Source: Carcharhinus amblyrhynchos (Eukaryota). From it: a DNA stretch of 64,000 nt. Numbering within the stretch: the stretch's first letter is position 1; every line of letters starts with the position of its first letter. The position numbers and the translations under genes were made by a program. The notes beneath the pieces are model-generated. The model saw only the letters and a program-made list of their open reading frames with translations, made no database searches and had not been told where the DNA came from. The stretch is taken from assembly GCA_965287045.1 (NCBI GenBank), contig OZ336882.1, positions 6,634,001 to 6,698,000 on the forward strand, read 5' to 3'. This document shows positions 1 to 13,149 of the stretch, in pieces.

Positions 1-2760
1 AGAGTGTGGTGACACAAAATCAAGCAAAACTGGGGAGTGATTAATAAACAGGTTGACAGCAAGAACATGCTGCCAAACCTTTGCAGAAATATAGCAAGGC
101 TTTCAAGAATATCTTAGGATCCATGATGGGAGTGGAGGCAAAGCTCAAGATCACACCTGATAGTAACTCCAGATGGTTCAAGGCAAGAATTTATGCAATT
201 AAATGAAAGTTAGAAGTAGAATTAGGAAAGTTAGTCAAGGATGGACTGATTGAATATGGAGCGATGGGCAACACCAGTCATCTCAGTTATTAAATTCCAT
301 GGTTCTGTACATGTCTCTGGGGACTTTAAGATGACAATTGATCCAATAATGTGTGTTGACCAGTACCCCTTGCTACCATTTGAGGACCAATTCATTGGAT
401 TGGCTGATTGCCAGAAGTTCAGCAACTAAACTTGTCCCAAACATACTTCCAAATGAGGGTGGCAACTCAGTCCCAGTACTACTGATGATTGTTACCCACA
501 AGGCAATGTCCTGGTATACCATTAGGAATGACATTGGCATTGGCCATATTCCAGAAATCAATGAATCAAATCTTATGTGGTCTCTATGGTGTCCAGAGTT
601 AGTTGAATGACATTCTCATAATAGGCAAAGGTGAACAGAGAAACTTACAAAACTTAGAGGAAACACTGGACCATCTGGAGAAGGAAAACTTCTATGTGAA
701 GAAAGAAAAAGGTGATTTTTTTTAAAAAAAAGAATCATTCATCAGTTATTAAGGTCACGTAATAGACAGGGATGGTCTCTGCAAAGAACATAAGAACATG
801 TCAGTGACCCTGGATGTGCCAAGACCGCAGAATGTGTCACAGTTGTGACGATTATTAGGAGTAATTAATTATTATGGGAAGTTCATCTTGAACCTTGCAA
901 TGCTGCAAAAGCCACTTCAGACTTCATTGTGTGTTGGCCAACAATGGAATTGGGTGAATGAGTGTGAAAGTGTGTGCAAACGAGTTAAAGACGTACTCAG
1001 ACAATCCAAGTTATTGGTCAACTTTAACCCAGAATTGAAAATTTTACTACCGTGTGATGCATTACTCTATGGGTTGGTGCTGTTGTACCTCATATTATGG
1101 CAACAGTCAAAAATGTTCACTTCACAAATATTATCAAGCGCAAATAATATTATGATCAACTTGTGTGAGAAGCACTCAGCATAATTTCTGGCATTAAACG
1201 ATTTCATCAGTACGTGTATCACAGATAATTTACTTCGTTGACCAGAGGCTGTTGAGAACCTGTCCATACCAGGGAATTCCATCAATAGCTGCAAGTTGTC
1301 TACAATGATATTATCAGAATGTAATTATGAAATCAAGTATCGGAGTTCTGAATGGCATGCCTAAGCAGATGCTTTATTGAGTTTGCCACTTCAGGACAAA
1401 ACTGAATCACAAGACGCCAGATCAACATATTATATTTCTCCCAAGTAGGTAATATCCCAATACAATTATCTCAGGCACAAAAGCACATGAGTTATTGGGA
1501 ATGGATAAAGTCATTGACGTGGGTTTTGAGAAGAACATCAGAAAGCAAACAAAATAGGAACCTCAAATTTTGACCTTATATAATGAGGGAATTTGAAGTA
1601 ACTTCCCGAAATGCAGTATTGCTATGGGAGATCAATGTGATCATCCCTGCATTGTTGCGAAGCTGAACCCTGGAGCAGTGGTCATCCAGGGGTAATGCAG
1701 ATGAAGAAAATCGCAAGGTGGCAAGGATTTGACTCTCAAATAGAATAAAAAGTGGAGCACTGCCATTCATGTGCTGGAATTCAGAAAACTCCACTTCTAC
1801 GACCATTTCACCTATGGGGTTGGTCAAAACGCCCGTGGAAGAGGATACATAGCTTCAGGGGACCCACTGATTGCTGCATTTCTTTTCTCTTAGTAGACAC
1901 TCATTAAAAATGTTCTGAAGCCAGGATGGTGAAACCTATTAGGATGGAAAGAACCGTAGAGGAGTTGGAGGAGTTGTCCACAGGATTTGGACAACCCAAA
2001 CAATTAGTGATAAAGGGATGCACGTCACTTCCCAGGTATTTGTGAATTACTGTAAGAACAATGCTGCACAACAAATAAGGATGCTTCATATTGTCTGCCC
2101 ACTAATGCATTGTTAGAGAGACTGGCAGAGTCATTGAAACATGCCATCAGCATCTCAAAATATGAAGGTTTGCTATCCAGGAGAGTAAACAGCTTTCTCA
2201 TGTCCTGTTGGAACACAGTTTATAGTATCACACAAAATTAACTGAAAATGTTGCTCCTGAGAAGGAAACTGAGAGCTAAATTTGATCTGTTCACACCACT
2301 TGACACTCAACAATAGTCAAGCAACAACAACAAGCACAAGTTACCTCACCATGAACAAACATTGAAACTGAGAACTTTCAAACAAGGAGAAAGAGTTTTA
2401 ACAAGAAATTACACTATAAATGAGAAGTGGGTGCCTGCATTCATTCTAACTAAGACAGACCCAGTTTTTTTTATCAATTGCAACTTAGTGACAAGAGAAT
2501 ATGACAGAGACACACCATTCAAATTCTCACTTCAAAGCGTGAATTAGTGGAGACAGCATCAGACACTCAAGTTTGAAAAATCCCTAAACCAAAGATTATG
2601 AATTTTGGATTTAATTCCAGTAGGACAACCAATATTTTTGATGCTGACACTGATGCAACTTCACAAAATGAAATATCTGATATTGTACCAAGGATGTCAA
2701 AGGTCAGGTTGTGGAGCCTTATATCTTACAATAACTAAGTCCATTTCCACCAAAATGACT
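1..2760 (+). mobile_element. Degenerate Ty3/Gypsy LTR retrotransposon pol (RT, RNase H, integrase)
   Basis: Frame-broken remnants WATPVISVIK..SVHVSGDFKMTIDPIMCVDQYPL (RT), LGVINYYGKFI..NL, LPCDA (RNase H), PWKRIH (integrase) and FKQGERVLTRNY...KWVPA...KTDP (integrase C-terminus). Confidence 0.88.
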
Positions 2761-2792
2761 CTCTTATTAATTATAAATATGTAGATAATGTT

Positions 2793-3150
2793 CATAGAAC
2801 TTTCATAAAATCCCTAAAATGCAGAAGGAGGCCATTCAGCAGACCAAGTCTGCAGTGACTCTGTACTAGAATATCTTACCCAGGCCTCTCCCCTTCCTAT
2901 TACTGTAATCCCACACATTTACTATTGCTAATCCACCTAATCTGCACATCTTTAGGCATTAAGGGGCAATTTAGCATTGCTAATGCACCTAACCTCCACA
3001 TCTTTGGACTGTGGGAGGATCCTGAGCACCCCAAGGAAACCCAGGAAGACATGGGGAGAATGTGCAATATGCACACAGACAGACAACCAAGACTGGAATC
3101 GAAATCGGGTCCCTGAAGCTGTGAGGCAGCAGTGCTAACCAATGTGCCCA
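2793..3150 (-). mobile_element. HE1-like V-SINE (tRNA head, V-domain, CR1-type tail) inserted in the Gypsy element
   Basis: Reverse complement of TGGTTAGCACTGCTGCCTCACAGC...TTCGATTCC, the V-domain, and a GGCCTCCTTCTGCA...TTCTATG tail. Confidence 0.85.
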
Positions 3151-3236
3151 CTTATTTATTACATACTTTTTAACGTACCTGATTTGCATCGTGTGTAATC
3201 ATTAATATTTAAAAGTTTGTTGTCAAACTATTGAAG

Positions 3237-3435
3237 TAAAAGGGGAGGTTGTAAAGTAAAGTAGCTCATCTCTGTCTAATTGGTCACATGACACAGTTTT
3301 ATGTCACCACATGCATTTGCGGGCTTTGATTCCTTTCCATGTTGGAATTTAATCAGTCATTGTAAATAAAGCTACATTTGTTTGTTTAAGTATCTCACTA
3401 TGGCACCTCAGAAATCATATTATCTTGGTGTCACA
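3237..3435 (+). mobile_element. Polypurine tract and putative 3' LTR of the Gypsy element
   Basis: AAAAGGGGAGG is followed by TGTAA at 3250, AATAAA at about 3365 and a possible CA end at about 3435. The partner LTR is not in the window. Confidence 0.5.
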
Positions 3436-3439
3436 TTGG

Positions 3440-4400
3440 TCAGAAATAATTACATATACACAAAATTGAATAATGTATTTCCATGATTCTTGTACCAGAA
3501 CAATCAGATCCCTCGATACTTCAGTATTCTGTAATCTCTCTCCATTCAGAGTAAACTTCTTTACCATTCTTTGTGCCAAATCGAACAATTCACATTTTCC
3601 TTTTTATAATCTTCCACCAATTTGTTGCCCACACACTTCTTATCTATATAAACTTGCAGATCAATTATGTCCTTTTCACAACTTACTTTCCTACCTATCT
3701 TTGCCATCCAAAAATTTAGCAACTATACATTCAGTTTCTTCATCCATACCATTGATATTTGTGCATAGTTAAAGCAACGGAATTAATTCCTGACGTGTCT
3801 ACCCATTATATCCTTCCATCCCGAGAATTATCCATTTAGTTTTCATTTTCCATTTTTTCTGAGCTAACCTCACTAATATGGCATCGTCCCAATACCAGGA
3901 GCTCTTACTTTCTGTACTAACCTTTGATGTGGCACTTTGTTAACTGCCTTCTGGAACTCTAAGTACAGCACATCCACTGAGTTGACTTTATCCATGTTGT
4001 TAATTATTTCCTCAAAGTATTCTAATAAAATAGTCAAATCATGATTTCACTTGCACAAAACCATGTTGACTCTGCTTGGTAGCATCGAGATTTACTAAGT
4101 TTGCAGTTATAACCTCCAAAATAATAGATTATAGAATTTTCTTTGGACACATGTTAAGCTAACTGGCTTGTGATCTCCAGTTTTATGTCTCCTTCCTTTC
4201 TTCTACAGAAGAATTGCATTCACTATTTCCCAATGTGATGGGAACTTTCCAGAGCCCATGAAATTTTGAAAAAAAAATGCATCTACTATCTCAGCAACCA
4301 TTTCCTTTTTAGATGAAATCCAGCAGTACCTGATAATTTGTCAGCTTTCACTTCTAATACATTACTCAATACCCTTTCCTTTGTGATTCTAATTGTTTGA
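3440..4400 (-). mobile_element. Old CR1-type LINE RT fragment
   Basis: Reverse-strand remnants of QHGF..GKSCLT and VDV.YL.FQKA (GCCTTCTGGAACTCTAAGTACAGCACATCCAC). Confidence 0.7.
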
Positions 4401-4781
4401 GGTCCTCCCCACTCTCACAAGTATCTACACTGGGCTTTAATCCACAAGATTTGGTCTCCAGAGGCAAAATTGAAGAAAAGATGACTAAGTCTCATGACCT
4501 CATTATCATTTTTAAATTATATTTCTGCTATTTAAAGATAGCATATCACCATTCCATTAACCACCCGAAGTTGTGTCAAATACAAATCTGTGGTACACCA
4601 TCTTGCTATTGTAATAAAAGTAAAATGCCGTGGATGTTGGAAATTTGAAATACAAGCAGAACATGCTAAATGAACTCTGACAACATCTGTGAAGAGCAAA
4701 ACAGAGTTAAGTTTTTCAGTCTATACGACACTTCTTCAGAAATGATACAGGTAAACAATTACACCATCTCGAGAAGTGTCA

Positions 4782-5113
4782 TGGGATGGCATGGTGGCAC
4801 AGTGGTTGGGACTGCTGCCTCACAGCACCAGGGACCCGGGCTCAATTCAGGCCTCGATGACTGTCTGTGTGGACTTTGCACATTCTCCCCGTGTCAGGGT
4901 GGGTTTCCTCTGGGTGCTCCAGTTTCCTCCTTCAGTCCAAATATATGCAAGTTAGGTTAATTGGCTATGATAAATTGCCCTTAATGTCAGGGGGATTAGG
5001 AGGGTAAATATGCAGGGTTATTGGGACAGGACACATCCAAGGTTGGATTGTTGATGGTGCAGACTCGATGCGCCAAATGGCCTCTTTCTGCGTTGCAGAT
5101 TCTATGATTCTAC
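4782..5113 (+). mobile_element. HE1-like V-SINE
   Basis: GGTGGCACAGTGGTT head, TTTGCACATTCTCCCCGTGTC V-domain and GATTCTATGATTCTA tail. Confidence 0.88.
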
Positions 5114-5895
5114 GGGATCATTGACATGCAGCCAAAACAGAATGTGTGACCTAAATTTAAGGTCCAATCTGAAGAATTCTTATGCGATTATTAAAATTAC
5201 CCTAAATATATGATATCTTGCATAAAGACATAAGCCACATTGTTTGCAATAAAACAGAACAAGATTAACCTTAAAATAATAATTGAATAAACAAAGAACA
5301 CTGTTATATTTAATGAAAATCTGGCTTTCATGAGACAGATGGCTTGATACTAAAGGAGAAGGCAGTTTGGCAGAGGAAGTGATTCACCAAGGCTATTAGC
5401 TGGATGCGATCCAAGCCACATAAACATTTTACTGTCTGATAAATGCTGATCTTCCCATGGCTGTCATTGGCTACAAGAAAATTGGAACATACACAATACT
5501 CTCCATTACACTGTATTTACAATTCCTTTACTTTCACTAAATGACGTGGCAAAAATGAAATGTTTAAGATGAACTCATTAAATTCAATATTCTGCTGATT
5601 CTGATATCATTTTTCAGGTGCATGTTTTCTTTTAAATTTAAAATCACTTTGATTTTGCCCTCTTCCGTGACAACTGTTCCAGGTGAAACCAGATTTTCTG
5701 GACCCTTGCCATTCTGATGAACTGATCATTTAACTCTGGATATTTCCAGCACAGATGCTGATGACCTCTAATTCTATAATATAGGACTTTCCTTCACTTG
5801 TCCTATCTCATTCACTGCTTTGAGATGGTCAGTCATACTGTTGTTATCTTGTGTGTTTTCAGAACTCTGACAACAGCTGACATGATTTTCTCAGA

Positions 5896-6195
5896 GTCAT
5901 AGCATCACAGAACCCTACAGTGCAAAAGGAGGCCATTCGGCCCACGAAGCCTGCACCAAAACAGTCCCACCCAAGCTCGATCTCCATAGCCCCAAGTATT
6001 AGGGGCTAGTTACCCCAAAAACTAAGAGGCAATTTAGTACAACCAATTGACCTAACCCACATATCTTTGTACAGTGGGAGGAAACCCATGCAGGCATAGG
6101 AAGAATGTATAAACTCCATAAAGACTGTCTCTCAAGACTAGAATTGAACCAAGATTCCTCGCATTGTGAGGCAACAATGCTAACCACTGTGCTAC
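5896..6195 (-). mobile_element. HE1-like V-SINE
   Basis: Same head, body and tail in reverse orientation. Confidence 0.85.
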
Positions 6196-7439
6196 AGTGC
6201 AGCTGCAAGGAAAATATCACAAACAGAAAGAAGACCATTATATGTTGCCTTGATCGATCACACCAAGGCATTTAACCATGTTAGCAGAGGTGGTCTATTT
6301 AAGCTGCTAGAGACTTTTTGTTTTGTTCTCAGAACCTGCTCAGTATTTTTTACTCTTTCCACTTCAACACGATGGGCAAAGCGAGCTAAGAACCCTATGA
6401 GATCCCAAGTGAGTTGGCACTGATACAATTTGACAGACTCTCATCTTTGCTGTGTTCAGTTGCCTTCAATTCATCTACAGAAGGTGTTTACTTAAATACC
6501 AGAACTGACAGAAAGCTGTTTGCCCTAAGTCCATTAAAGGAGTAGGCAAGTAACTCACAATGCAGTGCCAAACTAGCATTCCATAATAAAGGGACACCTT
6601 CAATGGCAAATGGAAAATTTCTCTCATGATTGTAAAAAAATGTTTTCACAATCCATAGCACAAATGCAAATGCTATGGTGCAGGGCATTGCCATGTCACT
6701 GCCTGTTCACATTCAAAATGATGCTGGAGATTGATGACACTTTCACATATCTAGATTCTCCTCTGAAATCAACACATACAATGTAAATGCTACAGCATTA
6801 TGTCCAAACTGGGTAAACGAGTTTGGGAAACAGCAACCTGACTGAGAACAGCATGTTGCCAATCAATTAAGCCTGAGTCCTCAACACATTCTTTACAGGA
6901 GTGATATCCGGACAACATATGCCATGCAAACGAAAAAGTCAAACACTTTTCACTCCTGCTGTTTTTATTCCATAACGTTACGTAAGATATAGAAGCAGAA
7001 TTAGACCATTTGGAGCATTAAGTCTGCTCCTAAGTATTTTGTAGTGGGACAAGGTCAGCAACGCAGAGGTCTTGGAGCATGTTAAGAGCATCATCATACA
7101 CTCACTGCTGATCCAAGAACATCAGCATTGGCCCAGTCACATTCATCATTTGAATAATGTCCTAGATCCAAAGATGTTCTGTACAGTGAACTAGCTAGTA
7201 GTTGATGGCCTGCTGGATGTCGATACCCCTGCTACATTGATGCCTGCAAATGTGATCTAAAGATGGGAGATATTGACATGAGAACTGGGAGGTATTTGCT
7301 CTTGGTTGTGACCTTTGGACTGTTTGGATGGGAAGTGAAAGACATAAGCAGAAATTAAGAGCTAAGTTCATTGAAAAATCAAAGGTTGGCAGACCCTGTG
7401 ACTTCTTGTTCCACTGTTGCCACCGCAGCAAATGTGGCA

Positions 7440-8935
7440 GAAACATGGGAATATAAGAAAATCAGACTCAAAAGCAGATGTAGACCATTCAGCCCTTCGA
7501 TTATGCTTCACTGTTCAATGTGTTCATATCTGATCTGCTTCTGGCCTAAACTCAACTTGCCGCCTGCCCCCCATTCCCCTTGACTGCACTGTGTATCTAA
7601 AATCTGATAAATTGCCCGGAATAAATTTAATGACCAACTTCCACTGCTTCCTGGGAAAGAAAATGCTGACGACTATATGAAAACAACAAAAATCTCATAA
7701 TATCTGACTTAAATGATTGTGCAGTTATGCATAGACTGTGTCCTTTGGTTCTCCCCAAAGTAGGAGTATCCTCACAGTATCTACCCATTAGAAACATTCT
7801 CACATTATCTACAGTCTCAAATCCCCTCAGGATCTTATATGTTTCAATAAGGTCCCTCCTCAAAGAATAAAGAACAAAGAAAATGACAGAAAAGGAACAG
7901 GCCCTTTGGCCCTCCAAGCTTGCACTGACCATGTTGCTTGGCTCAAATGAAACCTCTACCCTTCCAGGGACTGTATCCCTCTACTCCCATCCTATTCATG
8001 TATTTGTCCAGACACCCCTTAAAACTCTATTGTATCTGCTTCCACAACCTCCACTGGTAGCGAGTTCCAGGCGTCCACCACCCTCTGTGTAAAAACTGTG
8101 CCTCATGCATCTCCTTTAAACCTTGCCCCTCACACCTTAAACCTATGCCCCCTAGTAATTGAATCTTCCACCCTGGAAAAAAAAAGCTTCTGGCTATCCA
8201 CTCTGTCCATGACCCTCATAATCCTGTAGACTTCTATCAGGTCTCCCCTCAACCTCTGTCATTCCAGTGAGAACAAACTGATTTTCTCCAGCCTCTCCCC
8301 ATAGCTAATGCCCTCCATACCAGGCAACATCCTGGTAAATCGTTTCTATAGCTTCTCCAGTCTCCATATCCTTCTGGTAGTGTGGTGACCAGAATTGAAC
8401 ACTATATTCCAAGTGTGGCCTAGCTAAGGTTCTATAAAGCTGCAACATGACTTGCCACTTTTTAAACTCAATGCCCCAGCGGATGAAGGCAAGCATGCTG
8501 TATGCCTTCTTGACGATCTTCTCCACCTCCATTGTCACTTTTAGTGAACTGTGTACCTGTACACCCATATCCCTCTGCCTATCAATACTCGTATGAGTTC
8601 TGCCATTTACGTATTTTTCCCATCTTTATTAGGCATTCCAAAATGTATTAGCTCATGTTTGTCTGGAGTAAACTCCATCTGCATCTCTCCGCCTTCCTTG
8701 TTCTCCTACATTCCAATGGTTATAGACCTGTTCAACATTTCTTCATAAAATAAACCCCTGATCACATGGGTGAGTTGAATGAATCTTCTCTGTATTTTTC
8801 TGAAACAAACTTTCAATTTTCAAATCAAGAAACTTAAACAGTATACAGTACTCCGGATGTGTTCTCATTAATACTATGTACAAGGCCAGTATAACACCCT
8901 GCATTTATATTCCATTGCTTTTACAGTAAATTAAC
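7440..8935 (-). mobile_element. Two nested CR1 LINE 3' ends (a younger copy at about 7862-8690 inside an older one)
   Basis: ORF 8305-8568 GVQVHSSLKV...LYRTLARPHLEYSVQFWSPHY and ORF 7627-7932 RRDLIETYKILRG...RTKGHSL are CR1 ORF2 C-termini. Two separate tails lie at about 7440 and 7862. Confidence 0.88.
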
Positions 8936-9190
8936 GTCATGTCAGAATTGGGCTCCTGAGCCATAGCAGATAATGTTTAACACAGAGTTGCTAACAATGG
9001 CATGCAATGCCATGCCATGAAGTGCAAGAATGTCACTATAAATATTTTAACATATGCAGGAAGGTGAATCTCTTGGCTGGTCTCACATCTACCAGGCTCC
9101 ATAATCGAGTGCTCTAGAAGTTTTATTTTTATTTTTAACAAAATAACAGAGCTGCTAAGAACCTGGCAAAACATTTTCTTTGTCCACCAT

Positions 9191-9492
9191 AGGGTGGCAT
9201 GGTGGCACAGTGGTTAGCACTGCTGCCTTGCAGCACCAGGGACCTGGGTTTGGTTGCTGGCTTGGGTCACTGTCTGTGTGGAGTTTGCACATTCTGCCCA
9301 TGGGTTTCCTCCAGGTACTCTGCTTTCCTTCCACAGGCCAAAAGATGTGCTGGTTAGGTGCGTTGGCCATGCTAAATTCTCTCTCACTGTACCCCAACAG
9401 GCGCTGGACTGTGACGACTAGGGGATTTTCACAGTAACTTCATTGTAATGTTATCGTAAGCATACTTGTGACTAATAAATAAACTTTACTTT
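9191..9492 (+). mobile_element. V-SINE with an alternative 3' tail
   Basis: Same head and V-domain; the tail is GGATTTTCACAGTAACTTCATTG...ACTTGTGACTAATAAATAAACTTT. Confidence 0.85.
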
Positions 9493-9646
9493 TCATTTTA
9501 TTTCGGCAGACACAAGTTAGCACATCTCAATTAGGATTAAGTGTCAATTCTCAGAAGTAAGTTATCACATTTGACAGGCATGCTATCTATCATTTCGTGT
9601 AGGTGGATGATTATAGGTTCACTTTGTTTTATATTGTTTCACTTAC

Positions 9647-12091
9647 CTTACTGACAATATTAAAGTTTTGTTTCATCTGCTGATTGCACCCTGAGAAACA
9701 TAGGTCAGCACCCTTTGTATCATTTCTCCGCGTTGCAGAACTGCACGGCGTGAGAACAACACAATTCCTGTTCTCTGCTTCAGTTGTTGAGCGAACCTTG
9801 TAGCAGTAAGTTTCAGAGAGGGACCCGGTTCCGCGAACTTCCATAAAATTTGCGGTTGGTTGAACTTTGGGGCCTATCCGAGGGTTTGCATTAGACTGAT
9901 TCACTATATTGCTTGTAACCTCACGTCCAAAGCAACAAGTATTCAGAGAACAATCGCCATCGAGGTCATTGGTATTGTGGCACATGGTTGTAACGAGAAC
10001 AATTATTACAAACAGAAGGATGATAGAGACTGTCCCAAGTGATATTATTATATACATGGCCAAACTTGAAGACTGTTCAATATTTTGGGACAGATTACGA
10101 ATGCCTGACATAATTTCAGCAGTTATCTCCATCAATGACACAGTGGCGGTGACAGTGGCAGAGAGGGAAGGATGACCATTGTCCTGTACCAAAATTACAA
10201 GCACTTGTGTAGTTGAATCTCCCTCTTTAAAGAGTCGTTTTGTTCTGATTTCCCCTGAGTTGTGTTTTACAGTGAAAAGAGTTCGATCAGTAGCTTGGAT
10301 CAATTGGTAAATCAGTCTGGCATTCTGCCCAGAATCCGCATCAACTGCAGTCACCTTTGTCACTAGATAGCCTGGATGCGCAGACCGAGGTATCATAATG
10401 CGCGTCCCGTTTTTTGTCAGGGAAGATGTTATTACAGGAGGGTTGTCATTTTGGTCGAGGATTACTACATTCACGATAACATCACTGCTGAGGAGCGGGA
10501 TTCCTGCATCCTGAGCTTGAACATGGATTTGAAAGTTCTTGAATTGCTCATAGTCAAAAGAACGTTGTGAAAATATTGCACCATTTTCTGAATTAATAGA
10601 TACAAAAGACAAGACGGACGTACCTTCAATCTGACTCGGCCTAATGGAGTAAGAAATGACCGAGTTTTGACCGAGGTCAGAATCAAAAGCAGTCACAGAG
10701 CAGATAGCTGTGCCCGGTGTGTTGTTTTCTGATACGTAGGCTGTGTACGAAGACTTCGTGAAGCGGGGTGCATTGTCATTAATGTCTGAGATCTCCAGTG
10801 GGATGATTTTGTTGGCAAAGAGAGGAGGCGATCCAGCGTCCGAGCATGTGACGTTAAGTGTGTACTGGGAAACAGTTTCCCTGTCCAATAAAGCATTAGT
10901 GACCAACATGTAAGAATTCTTGAAAGACGATTTCAATTGGAATGGGAGACTATTAGGAATGAAACAGCTAATTTTACCGTTTACTCCAGATTCGGTATCC
11001 GTTACACTTATTAGAGCTACCATAGTGCCGACAGGAGCATTTTCAGTAATGGGGCTGGATAATGACATCAACGTCATCTCAGGTTCGACGTCATTCACGT
11101 CCACAATCTCCACTACAACTTTGCAATAGACAGGTACAGAAGTAGCACCCTGGTCCCTAGCTTGCACATTGATTTCGTAAACGTTGGCTTCTTCGTAATC
11201 CAGTGCTCCTTTAACTATGATTTCTCCGGTATACGGTTCTACACTAAACAGCTCACGGACTCTGTCTGGGGTGTAACTGCTGAAAGAATAGATAATATCC
11301 GCATTCGTGCCTTCATCCAAATCAGTGGCACTGAGGTTAATAACTACTGTGTTTTCGACTACATTTTCAATCAGCTTCACCCAATAAACATCCTGATCAA
11401 ATATAGGCACATTGTCATTGACATCGAGGACCGTGATTATAATTCGGGCACTGCCAGATCGCTCTGGGATCGCGCCATCTAAGGCACTGAGAAGTAAGGT
11501 ATGGATGGCTTGTTCTTCTCTGTCCAAGAATTTATCAAGCAACAAAGACACACTTTTAGATCCATCACTGCTGTTTTGAACGTCCAATGTGAAATGCTCA
11601 TTCGGACTGAGGATATAAGTGTGAACAGAATTTGTACCCACGTCCGGATCATGTGCGCTCTGAAGTGGAAAGCGTGTTCCCGGTGGAGTTGACTCAAGAA
11701 TCTCCAAACGTAGCTCATCCTGGGAAAAGCTAGGGGAGTTGTCATTGATATCTTGTATTTCAACCTCAGCACGGTACAATTGTAATGGGTTTTCCGTAAC
11801 AATCTCGAGATTTTGTAAACATGGCAGAGTTTGACCGCAGAGCTGCTCCCTGTCAATGTTGTCATTAACAAACAAAACACCATCCTGTAAATTGACTTCG
11901 AAATACCTTTTCTTTGCAGCTGACATAATGCGAAACCTACGGCTGGACAGTTCTCTCACATCTAATCCAACATCCTTAGCAATGTTTCCAACAAAGGCGC
12001 CGTTTTCTAATTCTTCTGGAATCATATAATGAATCTGGGCTGATACAAAATCCCAGGCATAAAGCAAGATAATGAAAAGCACCGTTTGCAT
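9647..12091 (-). CDS. Clustered protocadherin variable exon 1 (signal peptide, EC1-EC6, TM, variable cytoplasmic domain), 815 codons to the donor
   Basis: The 820-aa ORF has signal peptide MQTVLFIILLYAWDFVSA, the EC1 C-X5-C motif (CGQTLPC), repeated PE/LDRE/DxNDN cadherin motifs, TM LAMYIIISLGTVSIILLFVIIVLV and cytoplasmic EVRGTGSLSETYCYKV. Donor AAG|GTAAGT at 9647/9646 is phase 0; the ORF's last residues (VSETI) are intronic read-through. Confidence 0.96.
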
Positions 12092-12336
12092 TATCTGTGA
12101 GAAGACGGTCTTTCATTCGCACTGTGATGTAAATGTTAATAAAATAAAGATATCGCTCAGAGCCGCCTGTCTTAATGCGAAGTCCAAAGGCAAAGGATTG
12201 ATAAATAACATGCCCTCCTAAGGTAGAGCGACTGGAAGTGAAGAAGATCAAAGATGGCTGGAGATGCAACCGCAATATGCTTCCTGCTTTCCTTTCTCTT
12301 TCTTCTTTACCGTTGTGTGCGGTGCTGCGGGACGTC

Positions 12337-12410
12337 TGATGGATTTCTCATCATTTTTCAATTCCTCATTGGTAGACAGCGACACAACGAGTCTTATCTA
12401 ACAATTACAC
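12337..12410 (-). promoter_or_regulatory. Pcdh promoter conserved sequence element (CGCT box + CCAAT) for exon 1
   Basis: The + strand reads ATTGGTAGACAGCGACACAA at 12368-12387, the motif found before every variable exon. The GGGTGG block is degenerate here. Confidence 0.88.
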
Positions 12411-13149
12411 GTAGCACTTCTTAAAAGTCATGTCGTCTCTCAGCGTAAAGATTTCTTCGCACGTTGAATCTGTAATAGTCTTGTCACAATTAATTGAAAC
12501 AACGTCAGCACTTTCGGAGAGCTCAAGTTATCTGCCAACGAAGTTAATGTAATTTTAGTGGCATGCTAACAATTCTTTTGCTTTTTTTGCCGAACATTTT
12601 GTCTAATTTATTTTCCTTTAGGAGATTAAAATAAACTTTGCCGGAAACCAAAATATTCTGTGCATAATGTATGCTGGCAGCAATGTGGCTGCCTGAGTGA
12701 AAACCAAAATACTTACTGGAGTGATTGTACTTTGTAAACCCGACCTGTAACACTATTGCGTTAGAACATTGATAGTACTGACATTCTTTGTCAACTTGAT
12801 ACGGGAATAAAATTTGAACAAGATCTCACATTGATTAAGGAACTTAATCGTACTATTACACTGATAACGCAGAACTATTCTCCTTGATATGATTTTTTCT
12901 TGAACGCAGCTCTTCTGTGCACTCTTAAAAAAACCTTTAACTCCGTCAGGCTGTACTTTTTTGTTTTTCTAATTCTTTTTTCAAATCATATGGAGGAATA
13001 TATTTCTACTAATAAATACTCTTTACCATGCAACAGTTGGCTACCCCCTTCAAACTAGCCCTCAAAAAGAAAGTTAAGTTGAAAGCTTCCTCAGAAAATG
13101 TGTGATTCTTCCTCAGCGTAAGTTGCACACTATTTTCAATGGCATCAAC

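Noticed and set aside
4782-4860. tRNA-like A/B boxes at SINE heads
   Set aside because: They continue directly into the SINE V-domain and form no cloverleaf, so they are not tRNA genes.
1-9600. Search for Pcdh constant exons downstream of exon 1
   Set aside because: No DWR-containing constant-exon-like sequence with splice sites was found; the region is mostly transposon debris.
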